Positions 9,808 through 21,643 of a stretch of 64,000 bases of DNA are shown here, one piece after another (position 1 is the stretch's first letter; each line of letters starts with the position of its first letter). The stretch spans positions 6,478-70,477 of the forward strand of contig DATNDQ010000054.1 of assembly GCA_035553475.1 (NCBI GenBank), written 5' to 3'. Source of the stretch: Gemmatimonadales bacterium (lineage in GTDB: Bacteria > Gemmatimonadota > Gemmatimonadetes > Gemmatimonadales > GWC2-71-9). Both the position numbers and the translations under genes were made by a program. The notes under the pieces were generated by a model. That model saw nothing but the letters and a program-made list of their open reading frames with translations. It was not told where the DNA came from and searched no databases.

Positions 9808-10077
9808 ATGTGGGAAATGGCGCAGCGGGAATACGACCTGTTGCGCCCTCAGCTCCCCCAGTTCTGCGGGTGCGACACCTGCCGGGGGGACGTGCTGGTA
9901 TTCGCCCTCAACCGGCTGGATCCCCACTACGTGTCGACGCGGCAGGGCGAGGTGCTGACGGGTCTCTCCCTCTCGACCGATCAGGCGCGGGCGAAGACCG
10001 ACGTCGTGCTGATGGAGGGATTCCGCAAAGTCGCGATTGCTCCCCGCTGCGGCGCGACACCGGTGCAGTTGCCCTAG
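9808..10077 (+). CDS. ComFB-family (late competence development protein-like) small protein
   Basis: The last 89 aa of ORF 9703..10077 read MWEMAQREYDLLRPQLPQFCGCDTCRGDVLVFALNRLDPHYV. The C.C..C....A.ALN.L.P.Y pattern is typical of ComFB. The gene lies immediately upstream of comEC. Confidence 0.6.
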   Translation: MWEMAQREYDLLRPQLPQFCGCDTCRGDVLVFALNRLDPHYVSTRQGEVLTGLSLSTDQARAKTDVVLMEGFRKVAIAPRCGATPVQLP

Positions 10078-10097
10078 CGAGCCGCTGAAGGGCGCCG

Positions 10098-12326
10098 GTG
10101 CGGGCGCCCATCGTTCTCTTCGCCTTGGCATTCGGGGCCGGCCTCACTGCCGGCCTCGTTCCGTTTCTCGATCCCCGAAGCATCCCCATTACGCTCGTGG
10201 CGGCGGCAGTCCTCGGTACCGCCGCGTGGCGGTGGTACGCGCGCGCGCCGCGGCTGGCGTTGGTCGGAGTGGTGACGGCGGCGGGAATACTCTGGGGTGC
10301 CGGAGCGCAGCGCGAGCAAGTGTGGACCTGTGCCGGTCAGTGGACCGGGAGCACGGCCACGCACGCCCTGGTCGTGCGTCTCCTCGACCCCGTCTCACCG
10401 GGCGGGGAAGTGGTGGGCGCCGATCCGCTCGATGCGGGGTGCGAGGGAGAGGTCCCCGTGCGGTGGCCCGCGGACAGCGTCGCCCAGGGCGGGACGACAT
10501 GGCTGATCACGGGCCGGTGGCTCAGTGAGGGAGATGGAGCGCGGGGCGTTCTCAGGGTACGCCTTGCCCGTGTCCTCGACGGGACCCCTCGCGGCCGGGG
10601 CGGACTCCGCGACGCGGTGTCGAGACGGATACACGCCCTCTTCGGGAGCCGGGCGCCACTCGTGGATGCGCTCGTGATTGCCCGGCGGAACGCTCTCGAC
10701 CCGGACGTGCGCGAGCGCTTCGCACAGGCGGGTCTCGCCCACCTCCTGTGTGTGGCGGGATTGCACGTGGGCTTTCTGGCGGGGTGGCTGGCCGTCCTGC
10801 TCCGCCGGCTGCCTCTCTCGCCGACGGCCCGGTACCTCGCGGGCGCTCTCCTCGTGCTGGGGTACGTCTGGTTGCTGGGGTTTCCCCCGCCGGCCACCCG
10901 GGCCGGCGTCGGCCTCGCGGTCGCCGGCTACGCGCGCCTGCAACAGCAACTGGTCCCGCCGCTGGCCGTGCTCGCGTTGACCGCGCTGATCCTCCTGCTG
11001 TTCGATCCCTTCTCGGCGCACTCGGTCGGTGCGTGGCTTTCGTTCGCGGCGGTCGGCGCGGTTTTCTGGGCGGTCCGGGCGACCACGGGAGCGCCCTGGT
11101 ACCTCCGGTTGGTGTCACCGGGAATCGCCGCCACGCTCGTAACGGCCCCCATCACCGCGTTCGCCTTCGGTACGGTGGCCCCGATCGGAATTCTGGTGAA
11201 CCTCCTTGCCATCCCGCTCGCCGGGGTCGCGATCCCCGGTGCCATGCTCGCCCTGGTCGTGACCCTGGTGTTGCCGCCCATCGGGGCGATGCTGGCGCGC
11301 GGGGCAGGGCTGGGGCTCGCCTTGCTCGATGCGTTGGCGGGCGCGGGAGACCGGGTGCCGTTCGGGCACCTCGTCATGGCCGCAGGCCCGCCGGCCGCGG
11401 TGACCTGGTTGGTCGTGTTGGCGGTCGCGTGGTGGCTGTGGCGGGCACCGCGCCGGCGGTGGGTCATCGGTGCCCGCGTGTTGTTCGTGGCAGCCATCTT
11501 CGCGTGGACCGCGGCCTTTCGCGCGCAATCACTCGACGATTGTCGTTGCCTCGCCATATCTTTCCTGGACGTCGGGCAGGGTGACGCCGCGGCGCTCCGG
11601 ACACCGCTGGGGCAGTGGATCGTGATCGATGGCGGCCCGCGCGCTCCGGGGAACGACGCGGGGCGGCGGGTCGTGGTCCCGTACTTGCGGCAGCATGGCG
11701 CGCACGGCCTCGCGCTGATGATCTCGACCCACTCGGACGCGGATCACCTGGGCGGATTGCCGGCCGTCGTCGCCGCTTTTCCACCCCGGCTGGTGATCGA
11801 GCCCGGCGAGCCCCTGGCGCGGCCGCTGTACTTCGAATTCCTGGCGGCGGTGGAGGAGGCGGGCTCACGGTGGCGACCCGCGCGGGCGGGGGACCGGATC
11901 ATCCTGGACAGCGTGATCGTCCAGGTCCTGAGTCCCGACGAGGACTGGATGGGTGTACCGGTCGACGTCAACGATCACGGCGTCGTCGTGCTCGTCACGT
12001 ATGGAACGACCCGCGTGCTGTTTCAGGCCGACGCGGGGGTGCCGGTGGAGGAGCGGCTCGCGGGAACGGTGGGGCACGTGGATCTGCTGAAGGTGGGACA
12101 CCACGGATCCCGCAGTGCGAGCTCGGAAGATTGGCTGGCGGAGCTCTCGCCGCCGGTGGCCGTGATCAGCGTCGGCGCGCGGAACCGCTATGGTCACCCC
12201 GCGCCTGAAGTGCTCGAGCGCCTCGCGCGCCGCGGCATCCGGGTGCTCCGGACCGACCAGCGCGGTACCATCACCTTCACCAGCGACGGTCACCATGCAC
12301 CACGGGACATCGGTCATCACGATTGA
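10098..12326 (+). CDS. comEC: DNA internalization-related competence protein ComEC/Rec2
   Basis: The 742-aa ORF has a polytopic membrane core (many Leu/Ala/Gly TM segments; [16 protein letters not shown]). A C-terminal metallo-beta-lactamase domain follows ([32 protein letters not shown]). Confidence 0.85.
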   Translation: MRAPIVLFALAFGAGLTAGLVPFLDPRSIPITLVAAAVLGTAAWRWYARAPRLALVGVVTAAGILWGAGAQREQVWTCAGQWTGSTATHALVVRLLDPVSPGGEVVGADPLDAGCEGEVPVRWPADSVAQGGTTWLITGRWLSEGDGARGVLRVRLARVLDGTPRGRGGLRDAVSRRIHALFGSRAPLVDALVIARRNALDPDVRERFAQAGLAHLLCVAGLHVGFLAGWLAVLLRRLPLSPTARYLAGALLVLGYVWLLGFPPPATRAGVGLAVAGYARLQQQLVPPLAVLALTALILLLFDPFSAHSVGAWLSFAAVGAVFWAVRATTGAPWYLRLVSPGIAATLVTAPITAFAFGTVAPIGILVNLLAIPLAGVAIPGAMLALVVTLVLPPIGAMLARGAGLGLALLDALAGAGDRVPFGHLVMAAGPPAAVTWLVVLAVAWWLWRAPRRRWVIGARVLFVAAIFAWTAAFRAQSLDDCRCLAISFLDVGQGDAAALRTPLGQWIVIDGGPRAPGNDAGRRVVVPYLRQHGAHGLALMISTHSDADHLGGLPAVVAAFPPRLVIEPGEPLARPLYFEFLAAVEEAGSRWRPARAGDRIILDSVIVQVLSPDEDWMGVPVDVNDHGVVVLVTYGTTRVLFQADAGVPVEERLAGTVGHVDLLKVGHHGSRSASSEDWLAELSPPVAVISVGARNRYGHPAPEVLERLARRGIRVLRTDQRGTITFTSDGHHAPRDIGHHD

Positions 12327-13316
12327 GCGGTTCATTGTGGACCAGGAGCGCCTGCACCCCGAGGCGACCGGTGAGCTGTCCAACCTCCTCTACGATCTCG
12401 CGCTGGCGGGGAAGATCATTTCCCGGCAAGTCCGGAGCGCCGGACTGGTCGACATCTTCGGGTCCGCCGAGTCCGTGAACGTGCAGGGGGAGATCCAGCA
12501 GAAGCTGGATATCTTCGCCAACGAGACGGTCCGGCACAGCGTGCAGCATACCGGCCGGACGTGCGTGATGGCGTCCGAGGAGGACGAGCTGCCGGTGCCC
12601 GTGCCGGAGGGCAAGCCGTTGGGCAAGTACGTCCTCCTCTACGACCCCCTGGATGGATCGAGCAACATCGACGTGAACGTCCCGATCGGGACCATCTTCT
12701 CGATCCACCGGCGCCGCACCCGCGCGGGAACTCCGGGCACGCTGGATGACTGCCTCCAGCCCGGGTACTCGCAGGTGGCCGCCGGGTACATCGTGTATGG
12801 GTCGAGCACCATGCTGGTCTACACGACGGGCCAGGGGGTGCACGGCTTCACGCTGGATCCCACCATCGGCGAGTTCCTGCTCTCCCACCCCGACATCCGC
12901 AGCCCGGGCGTCGGCAAGTATTACAGCGTGAACGAGAGCAACTGGAACCGGTGGCCTGATCCCGTGCACCGCGTCGTCGCGGCCTTCAAGACCGGTGAAG
13001 GACCCATTCAGGCGCGGAACGCCCGGTACGTCGGTTCGCTCGTCGCGGACTTCCACCGGAATCTGCTGTCGGGTGGGATCTTCCTGTATCCGGCTGACGC
13101 GAGGAGCCCCCAGGGCAAGCTGCGGCTGCTCTACGAGGCGTGCCCGCTGGCGATGGTGGTCGAGCAGGCGGGAGGCGCAGCGACCGACGGGCGCCGGCGG
13201 ATCCTGGAGGTGGAGCCACGTGAGCTGCACCAGCGCACGCCCCTCATCATCGGATCCAAAGAGGACGTGGAGTACGCGACGCATGTGCTTTCCACTGAAG
13301 GGGCCGGAGCGCGGGC

Positions 13317-13320
<4 letters not shown>
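12295..13320 (+). CDS. fbp: class 1 fructose-1,6-bisphosphatase
   Basis: ORF 12190..13320 contains [43 protein letters not shown] and [19 protein letters not shown]. The ATG at 12295 gives [13 protein letters not shown]. It overlaps the comEC 3' end by 32 nt. Confidence 0.9.
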
Positions 13321-14840
<1,520 letters not shown>

Positions 14841-14849
14841 GAGGGGACA

Positions 14850-15080
14850 ATGACCGAACGGCGCCGCCAGACTTTTCAAGCGAATGGGGTGGAGGTCACC
14901 TTCGATCCCGACGTGTGTCGCCATACCGGCGTCTGCCTTCGAGGGTTGCCACTGGTCTTCGACATCAAGCGCAAACACTGGATCAGACCCGAGAACGCGA
15001 GCCCCGACGACGTGATCGCACAGGTGGCACGCTGCCCGAGCGGAGCACTGCAGGCCCGCCGCCTGGAGGAGGGGAAGTGA
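14850..15080 (+). CDS. small Fe-S-binding protein (YjdI / divergent 4Fe-4S mono-cluster-like)
   Basis: The 76-aa ORF has spaced Cys residues (DVCRHTGVCLRG ... VARCPSGAL). Size and pattern fit the YjdI-type proteins. Confidence 0.55.
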   Translation: MTERRRQTFQANGVEVTFDPDVCRHTGVCLRGLPLVFDIKRKHWIRPENASPDDVIAQVARCPSGALQARRLEEGK

Positions 15081-16849
15081 ACCTGCGTCGCGCGTTCGAG
15101 ACGGCCCGCTGGGCCGTTCGCGCCTATCCGGGATCCACCGCACTCCTTGCCGGCGCGTCCGCCGTCACCGTCGGTGTCACGTTGCCCACCCTCGCGCTCG
15201 GCGCCGGACGGCTGGCCTTGCCACCCGCGACCGATCCCGGCCTGCCGTTCGGTTTCTCTGCCTTCGCGGGAACTCCGGCAACGATGCAGGCGCAGGGCAT
15301 CGACGCGATCGCCGGGCTCCTGGTGGCGCTGGGGATCGCGGCCCTCGCAGTCGGCATCGTGACGGCGGGATCCCTCGCGGTGGGACGCGCGGCCGGGCGC
15401 CGGTCCGAAATCAGCGTGCGGCGCGCGGTCGGAGCGGCACGGTCGAGTCTCCGCCTGAGCGGATTCGTCGAGGGAGTCCTCCTGGCCCTCGGTGCCATCG
15501 GTGTGGGCCTGGTTCCCGCGGTGGCAGCTGCCCGGTGGGCGGTCGTCACCTGGCCCGGAACCATCCTGCCGGCACTGGTGGGGGCCGTCGCCGCGATCGC
15601 CGCCGTGGGCGGAGTGCTCCTTCTGGGCGCACTGTTTGGTGTCCGCGCACCTGGCGGGACCAGGGTCCCACACCCCGGTGCATCGAGCCACGGCCTCGTA
15701 ATTCCCGCCGCTCAGTTCGCCATCTCACTCGCCATCCTGACGGGGGCCGCCCGGACCGGAACGCGGGCCACCCAGATCCTCCAGAGCGTGGACCCGCACG
15801 GGACCGCGGCCCGTGCCGAGTCGGTGGTGGAGATTGATAACGAGGCAAGTGTGTCCGTCCGCGCGACCAGCTACGAGCGTCTCATTCGGCGGCTCAAGGC
15901 CGATCCCGGATTCGGTGTGGTAGGTCTGTCGAGTGCCGGTGCACTCATGGGCATGGGGCCCGTCGATTTCGTAACCACTGACTGCGGCCAGTGCCGCGAA
16001 GGATTCATCTACACGCCCTTCCGTCCCGTACCAGCCATGATTACGGCGATGACCGCCGATACCTTCCGCGCCGCCCACTTGGTGGTCCTGAAGGGCCGGG
16101 GCCTCGCCGACACGGACAGCTGGACCGCGCCCCGGGTGGCGGTGATCAGCGCAACGTTGGCGGCCCGTGACTACAAGGACGGTGTCGCCGTCGGCCGGAA
16201 GATTTTCGTCGGCCGGGGAGCGGGGAGCGGCTGGTACCGGGTGATCGGCGTGGTGCCTGACCGAATGGCCGAAGGGATCGGTGGCGCGCTCGCGCCGGCG
16301 AAGGCGGTCTATCTGAGCGCGCTCCAGGCACCACCGGCGCGCGCCGAGCTTCTTACCGACGCACGTCCCGACCAGACCATCGTCGCCGCGGCGGGCCGCG
16401 TTACGGGTGAGACGTCGTTCGCGGAATTGCGAGCGCGGGAGGCGTCGGTCATGGGGTGGTTCGGCCGACTGACCCGAGCGGCGGGGTGGGCCGTCATGAT
16501 CATCGCGCTGGCGGGAATGGTCGCGGTGATGGAGCGCTGGGTGACCGCGGTTGCTCCCGAGCTGGCCATACGTCGAGCGGTCGGTGCCCGTCGGTGGGAC
16601 GTGGTGCGATTCATTCTGGCCCGGGCCTGGTTGGTCTGTACCATCGGCGCCGCAGGGGGCTTGTGGCTCGCCATCCTCGTCTCCGGCTCATTGGCCGACG
16701 CGTTCCCGGGGCTGCCGGCCTGGTCCTGGGCGGCGGCACTCGCGATCGGCGGTGCGTTGCTGGTCGCCACCGTCGTGGGGGCGATGGTTCCCGGTTGGCG
16801 GGTCGTGGCGGTGCCGCCGGCCGCGAAACTGGGAGCGCTCGAGGGCTGA
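15077..16849 (+). CDS. ABC transporter permease, duplicated FtsX/MacB-like
   Basis: This is the C-terminal 590 aa of ORF 14771..16849. Two FtsX-like segments are present (ISVRRAVGAARSSL... and AIRRAVGARRWDVVRFIL...), each followed by TM helices. The GTG at 15077 overlaps the upstream TGA. No ATPase gene is adjacent. Confidence 0.6.
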   Translation: MNLRRAFETARWAVRAYPGSTALLAGASAVTVGVTLPTLALGAGRLALPPATDPGLPFGFSAFAGTPATMQAQGIDAIAGLLVALGIAALAVGIVTAGSLAVGRAAGRRSEISVRRAVGAARSSLRLSGFVEGVLLALGAIGVGLVPAVAAARWAVVTWPGTILPALVGAVAAIAAVGGVLLLGALFGVRAPGGTRVPHPGASSHGLVIPAAQFAISLAILTGAARTGTRATQILQSVDPHGTAARAESVVEIDNEASVSVRATSYERLIRRLKADPGFGVVGLSSAGALMGMGPVDFVTTDCGQCREGFIYTPFRPVPAMITAMTADTFRAAHLVVLKGRGLADTDSWTAPRVAVISATLAARDYKDGVAVGRKIFVGRGAGSGWYRVIGVVPDRMAEGIGGALAPAKAVYLSALQAPPARAELLTDARPDQTIVAAAGRVTGETSFAELRAREASVMGWFGRLTRAAGWAVMIIALAGMVAVMERWVTAVAPELAIRRAVGARRWDVVRFILARAWLVCTIGAAGGLWLAILVSGSLADAFPGLPAWSWAAALAIGGALLVATVVGAMVPGWRVVAVPPAAKLGALEG

Positions 16850-16899
16850 AGGCGCGTTCGCCTTGATTCGAGCCGCCGGCGCGGCTAAGATGTTGTGAG

Positions 16900-17163
16900 A
16901 TGCCCACCTACGAATACCAGTGCCCATCCGGGCACGTGTTCGAAAAGTTTTCGCCCACGATGACGAGCGCCAAGACCGCGACCTGCCCGAAGTGCGGCAA
17001 GCGCGCCAAGCGGCTCATCTCGGGGGGCGCCGGCCTCGTGTTCAAGGGGTCGGGGTTCTACATCACCGATTACAAGCGGGCAGGCGAAAAGAAGCCGGCC
17101 GAGTCGACGCCGGAATCCAAGCCCGAATCGAAGCCTTCCAAGACCCCTTCGAACGACAAGTGA
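16900..17163 (+). CDS. FmdB-family zinc-ribbon protein
   Basis: The 87-aa ORF starts MPTYEYQCPSGHVFE and continues ...ATCPKCG...GSGFY, the signature of the FmdB/CxxC_CxxC_SSSS family. It ends in a Lys/Pro/Glu/Ser-rich tail. Confidence 0.8.
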   Translation: MPTYEYQCPSGHVFEKFSPTMTSAKTATCPKCGKRAKRLISGGAGLVFKGSGFYITDYKRAGEKKPAESTPESKPESKPSKTPSNDK

Positions 17164-18767
17164 ACGCCCCGGACCTCATCCGTGCGGCATTGATGGAAGC
17201 CGCGCGCCGGCTGGGCGCGCCCGTGGACGACGTCGTCCTCGAGCGGCCCAAGGACACGAGCCACGGGGATCTGGCCACCAATCTGGCGCTGACGCTCGCC
17301 AAGACGCTCAAGTCAAAACCGAGGGACGTCGCGCAGAAGCTGGCTGACACCCTCGCGCTGACTGCCGGGGTGGTCCGCAAGATCGAAATCGCCGGACCCG
17401 GGTTCATCAATTTCTTCCTGGCTGAGCAGGCACTGGCTTCGGTGATTGGGGTCGTGATCGAAGCGGGGGTGCGCTATGGGCACAGTACGGGTGCTGGCCA
17501 TCCGGTGAATGTCGAGTTCGTCTCTGCGAATCCGACGGGGCCCCTTCACGTCGGCCATGGCCGGCAGGCGGCTCTGGGGGACGGGATCGCGTCGTTGCTC
17601 GAGTGGACCGGTTGGAAGGTCAGCCGGGAGTTCTACTACAACGATGCCGGCGGCCAGATCGAGCGGCTGACGCAGAGCGTGTTGGCCCGCCTGCAGGGAC
17701 AGGAGCCGGCGGAAGATGGGTACCACGGCGCGTATATCCAGGACGTGGCGGAGGCCTACGGCTCCCGCCCTCGGACTCCCGAGGATGTCCGCCGCTTCGC
17801 GGTTGACTATCTCCGGAAGGAGCAGGATCAGGACTTGCAGGCGTTCGGCGTGAAGTTCGACACATACTTTCTGGAGTCGTCGCTCTACACGAACAAGGAG
17901 GTCGACGAGACCCTGAAGACCCTCGAGCGCGCCGGCCATACGTACCAACAGGATGGCGCGCTCTGGCTCAAGACCACCGACTTCGGGGATGACAAGGACC
18001 GCGTACTGGTCCGCAGCGCCGAGAAGGGCGGGGAGCCGACGTACTTCGTGCCGGACGTCGCCTACCATGTCGACAAGTGGAAGCGCGGCTTCCATCGGGC
18101 CATCAACGTCCAGGGAGCGGATCACCACAGCACCGTGACCCGCGTGCGCATCGGGCTGCAGGCGCTGGACATGGGGATCCCGCAGGGCTACCCGGAATAC
18201 GTGCTGCACCAGATGGTGACCGTCATGAAGGGGGGCGAGGAGCTGAAGGTCTCAAAGCGCGCCGGCTCCTACGTGACGCTGCGGGATCTGCTGGACGAAG
18301 TCGGCCGCGACGCCATGCGGTACTTCTTTCTGATGCGGAAGAGCGATTCGCATTTCGTGTTCGATGTGGATCTCGCCAAGCGGCAAACCGAGGAGAATCC
18401 GGTCTACTACGTGCAGATGGCGCACGCGCGGATGAGCGGCATTTTCCGGGTGGCGGGCCGTGAGCCCGCGAGTGCCAGCCCCGACGGCGTGGATCTCGCC
18501 GTGCTCACGCAGCCGGAAGAAGTTGAGATACTGAAGGATCTGGCCGAATTTCCGGCGGTGGTGCAGGGGGCGGCGGACGCCCTGGAGCCGCACCGCATTC
18601 CCGGGTATCTCGAGTCGCTCGCCCGGATCACGCACGCCTGGTACCACAAGTACCGCGTGCTCGGCGAACCAGAGGAGGCCGCGCGGCTGGTGCTGGCGCG
18701 CGCGGTGCGGCAGGTGCTGGCGAACGGACTCTCCCTTGTGGGCATCACCGCCCCGGATCGGATGTGA
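17160..18767 (+). CDS. argS: arginine--tRNA ligase
   Basis: ORF 16920..18767 has the HIGH-type motif SANPTGPLHVGHGR and the DALR anticodon-binding C-terminus (NPVYYVQMAHARMSGIFR). The GTG at 17160 overlaps the upstream TGA. Confidence 0.92.
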   Translation: MNAPDLIRAALMEAARRLGAPVDDVVLERPKDTSHGDLATNLALTLAKTLKSKPRDVAQKLADTLALTAGVVRKIEIAGPGFINFFLAEQALASVIGVVIEAGVRYGHSTGAGHPVNVEFVSANPTGPLHVGHGRQAALGDGIASLLEWTGWKVSREFYYNDAGGQIERLTQSVLARLQGQEPAEDGYHGAYIQDVAEAYGSRPRTPEDVRRFAVDYLRKEQDQDLQAFGVKFDTYFLESSLYTNKEVDETLKTLERAGHTYQQDGALWLKTTDFGDDKDRVLVRSAEKGGEPTYFVPDVAYHVDKWKRGFHRAINVQGADHHSTVTRVRIGLQALDMGIPQGYPEYVLHQMVTVMKGGEELKVSKRAGSYVTLRDLLDEVGRDAMRYFFLMRKSDSHFVFDVDLAKRQTEENPVYYVQMAHARMSGIFRVAGREPASASPDGVDLAVLTQPEEVEILKDLAEFPAVVQGAADALEPHRIPGYLESLARITHAWYHKYRVLGEPEEAARLVLARAVRQVLANGLSLVGITAPDRM

Positions 18768-18768
18768 G

Positions 18769-19683
18769 ATGAGTCTCCTCGTCGTGGGCTCCATCGCGCT
18801 CGACTCGGTGCAGACTCCTTTCGGCGAAACCGCCGACGCGCCGGGTGGCTCCGCCGTGTTCTTCGCCGCGGCGGCCGCCGTCCTGTACCCGGTGCAGGTC
18901 GTGGGCGTGATCGGCTCGGACTATCCGCTCGGCGTCCTGAAGGAGCTGACGGCGCGCGGCGCGGACCTGGCGGGCGTGGAGCAGGTGACGGGCGAATCCT
19001 TCCGGTGGAAGGGCAAATACTCCTACGATCTCTCGAGCCGGGAAACGCTCGAGACCAGGCTCGGTGTGTTCGCCGACTTCCGCCCCAACATCCCCGAGAA
19101 GTTCCGCGCGGCCCAGTACGTGTTCCTCGGCAACATCGACCCCGGACTTCAGCTGAACGTGCTCGACCAGGTCCGGGCGCCGAAGCTCGTCGCCTGCGAC
19201 ACCATGAACTACTGGATCCAGTCGCGGCGCGAGGTGCTGCTCCAGGTGTTGCGCCACGTGGACCTCGTGATGGTGAATGACTCGGAGGCGCGGGAGCTGT
19301 CGGGCGACTGGAACGTGTATCGCGCGGCGCAGTGGATCCTCGAACATGGACCCCGCTACTGCGTCATCAAGCAGGGTGAGCATGGGGCGTTGCTGGTGGG
19401 GAAGGACGAAACCTTCAAGGTCCCCGCGTATCCGCTGCAACAGGTCTTCGATCCGACCGGAGCGGGAGACTCGTTCGCGGGCGGCTTCATGGCGCACCTC
19501 GCCGCGACCGGTGATATGTCGAAAGAGAATCTCCGGCGGGCCATGGTGTACGGTGGCGCGATGGGATCGTTTGCGGTCGAAGCGTTCGGCGTGCAGGGAT
19601 TCGACAAGGTGACCCCGGCGGATGTCCGTGCCCGGGCGCGCGGGTTCCAGGAGCTGGTGCGGTTCGATCTCGGAGGGGATTGA
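18769..19683 (+). CDS. PfkB-family carbohydrate/nucleoside kinase
   Basis: MSLLVVGSIALD...GGSAVFFA forms the N-terminal Gly-rich motif. DPTGAGDSFAGGF is the PfkB signature 2. Substrate cannot be assigned from sequence alone. Confidence 0.8.
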   Translation: MSLLVVGSIALDSVQTPFGETADAPGGSAVFFAAAAAVLYPVQVVGVIGSDYPLGVLKELTARGADLAGVEQVTGESFRWKGKYSYDLSSRETLETRLGVFADFRPNIPEKFRAAQYVFLGNIDPGLQLNVLDQVRAPKLVACDTMNYWIQSRREVLLQVLRHVDLVMVNDSEARELSGDWNVYRAAQWILEHGPRYCVIKQGEHGALLVGKDETFKVPAYPLQQVFDPTGAGDSFAGGFMAHLAATGDMSKENLRRAMVYGGAMGSFAVEAFGVQGFDKVTPADVRARARGFQELVRFDLGGD

Positions 19684-20709
19684 GTGACCGATCGGTATGG
19701 GGCGGCAGGGGTCCGGCTCGACGTCGCCGAAGACGCCAAGCGGCGCATCGGCGCGCTGGTGGCCACGACGCGCACCCCCCTCGCGCTCGGAAAGATCGGC
19801 GCGTTCGGCGGCATGGTGCGCGTGCCGGCGGGCTTCCAGAAGCCCGTGATGGTGCTGTCCACGGATGGGGTGGGGACCAAGGTGCTGGTCGCGGCCCAGG
19901 CGGGGATTCACCACACGGTCGGTGAGGACCTCGTCAATCACTGCGTCAACGACATTCTGGTGCACGGGGCGACGCCGGTCGCGTTTCTCGACTACATCGC
20001 GGCCGGTGTGCTCGACGCCACCGTGGCGGCCGCGCTGGTCGAGGGGATCGCGCGCGGGTGCCGGTCCCATACCATGACCCTGGCGGGCGGTGAGACGGCG
20101 CAGCTGCCCGACCTGTACGCCGCGGGGCACTACGATCTGGCAGGCACCATCGTCGGCGTGGTGGATGAAGACCAGGCCCTGCACGGCGACCACGTGGCTC
20201 CCGGCGATGTGTTGATCGGCTACGCGTCGAATGGACTCCACACCAACGGCTACACGCTGGCGCGCCGCATCGTGTTCGATGAGATGGGACTCGGGATTGA
20301 GGACCAATTCCCGGAGACATCCGAGCCTGTGGCGCAGGTCTTGCTTGCCGTACACCGCAGCTACGCGGCGGCCGTGATGCCTGTCATCGCCCGGATCCAC
20401 GCGCTGGCGCACATTACAGGCGGCGGGATTCCCGGCAATCTGATCCGCGTGTTGCCCGATGGCTGCGAGGCTCTGGTGGAGTCGGGAGGGTGGGAGTGGC
20501 CGCCGCTGTTCCGCGTCCTGATGCGGGCGGGGAAGGTGTCCCTCCCGGAGATGCGGGACGTGTTCAACCTCGGCATCGGGATGATCGCGGTCGCCGGGCG
20601 GGATGAAGTGGAGCCGGTGGTCGCGGCGGCGGCACGGGTCGGCATTCCGGCATGGGTGATCGGCGAAATTCGGCCCGGCCAAACGGGCGTGCAGTTCTCA
20701 CAGCGGTAA
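19684..20709 (+). CDS. purM: phosphoribosylformylglycinamidine cyclo-ligase (AIR synthetase)
   Basis: The 341-aa ORF contains YGAAGV, GAFGGMV, VLSTDGVGTKV, HCVNDILVHGA and GGETAQLP, all typical PurM motifs. Confidence 0.92.
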   Translation: MTDRYGAAGVRLDVAEDAKRRIGALVATTRTPLALGKIGAFGGMVRVPAGFQKPVMVLSTDGVGTKVLVAAQAGIHHTVGEDLVNHCVNDILVHGATPVAFLDYIAAGVLDATVAAALVEGIARGCRSHTMTLAGGETAQLPDLYAAGHYDLAGTIVGVVDEDQALHGDHVAPGDVLIGYASNGLHTNGYTLARRIVFDEMGLGIEDQFPETSEPVAQVLLAVHRSYAAAVMPVIARIHALAHITGGGIPGNLIRVLPDGCEALVESGGWEWPPLFRVLMRAGKVSLPEMRDVFNLGIGMIAVAGRDEVEPVVAAAARVGIPAWVIGEIRPGQTGVQFSQR

Positions 20710-20728
20710 CCTTACTGGAGGCTCGGCT

Positions 20729-21643
20729 ATGCGTCGTATCGGAATCCTGCTGGGGCTGGTGCTTGCGGCCGGCGCGCCGCTGGCGGCCCAATGCAATACG
20801 GACTGCCAACGCGCGGAGGACGCACTCAAGTCCTTCCACCCAGTGGCCGGGCTGATCGTCAGCGGCGGCAATCCGGTCCTTGGATCGGGCGGCACCCTTG
20901 GCGGGCTGGGGCACTTCTTCATTTCGGCTCGTGTGAATGCCGTGAAGGTGGCGCTTCCTTCCACCAGCTCCACCGATACGGCGGCGACCTCGGCCGTGGT
21001 TCCCGCGCCCGTCGTCGAAGCGGGCCTCGGTATCTGGAACGGGCTCGGCGGCGGATTGCTCTCGGTCGACGCTCTCGCGTCGGCGACGCTGCTGCCGACG
21101 ACGCAGGTCGCGAACCTCAAGGTGGATTCCAGCGCCACGAAGGTCGGGTCCCTGGCGCTCGGCCTGGGCTACGGACTGCGGGTCGGCATTCTCAAGGGAT
21201 CCTTCTTCGTGCCGTCCGTTTCCGTGAGCGTCATGCGCCGCACGCTGCCGCGCCTGACGTACGGGACGCTCGGGGCCGTGCCGTCGACCGACAGCGCGTT
21301 TTCGTTCGATACCGATCTCAAGGCCACGAACTTCCGAGTCACGGCGGGCATGCACCTGCTGCTGCTCGACGTCGCGGCGGGCTTCGGGTACGACATCTAT
21401 ACGTCGAACGCGCACGTCGCGTATTACAACTCTCCCGTCACCGTCGCGCACGATACACTGAATCTGAACAACAAGCGGGAAGTGATCTTCGTGAATGCCG
21501 GCATGAACCTGTTGCTGGTCAAAGTGGTCGGCGAGCTGGGCTATCAGACCGGGAAAGACCAGACGCTGTCGACCAACTACCAGGGTCTCGACCCCAAGGC
21601 GGGACATGTCTTCGGTGGAGTCGGCGTCCGTATCAGCTTCTGA
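20729..21643 (+). CDS. hypothetical outer-membrane beta-barrel protein
   Basis: The signal peptide is MRRIGILLGLVLAAGAPLAAQ. Alternating beta-strand-like segments follow, and the C-terminus GGVGVRISF ends in Phe, a typical OMP beta-signal. Confidence 0.5.
   Translation: MRRIGILLGLVLAAGAPLAAQCNTDCQRAEDALKSFHPVAGLIVSGGNPVLGSGGTLGGLGHFFISARVNAVKVALPSTSSTDTAATSAVVPAPVVEAGLGIWNGLGGGLLSVDALASATLLPTTQVANLKVDSSATKVGSLALGLGYGLRVGILKGSFFVPSVSVSVMRRTLPRLTYGTLGAVPSTDSAFSFDTDLKATNFRVTAGMHLLLLDVAAGFGYDIYTSNAHVAYYNSPVTVAHDTLNLNNKREVIFVNAGMNLLLVKVVGELGYQTGKDQTLSTNYQGLDPKAGHVFGGVGVRISF

Noticed and set aside
16850-16899. Two short GC hairpins (AAGGCG-CGTT-CGCCTT and AGCCGC-CGGC-GCGGCT) after the permease gene as terminators
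   Set aside because: The stems are only 6 bp and no U-tract follows either hairpin. They could be chance palindromes in GC-rich DNA, so I did not annotate them.
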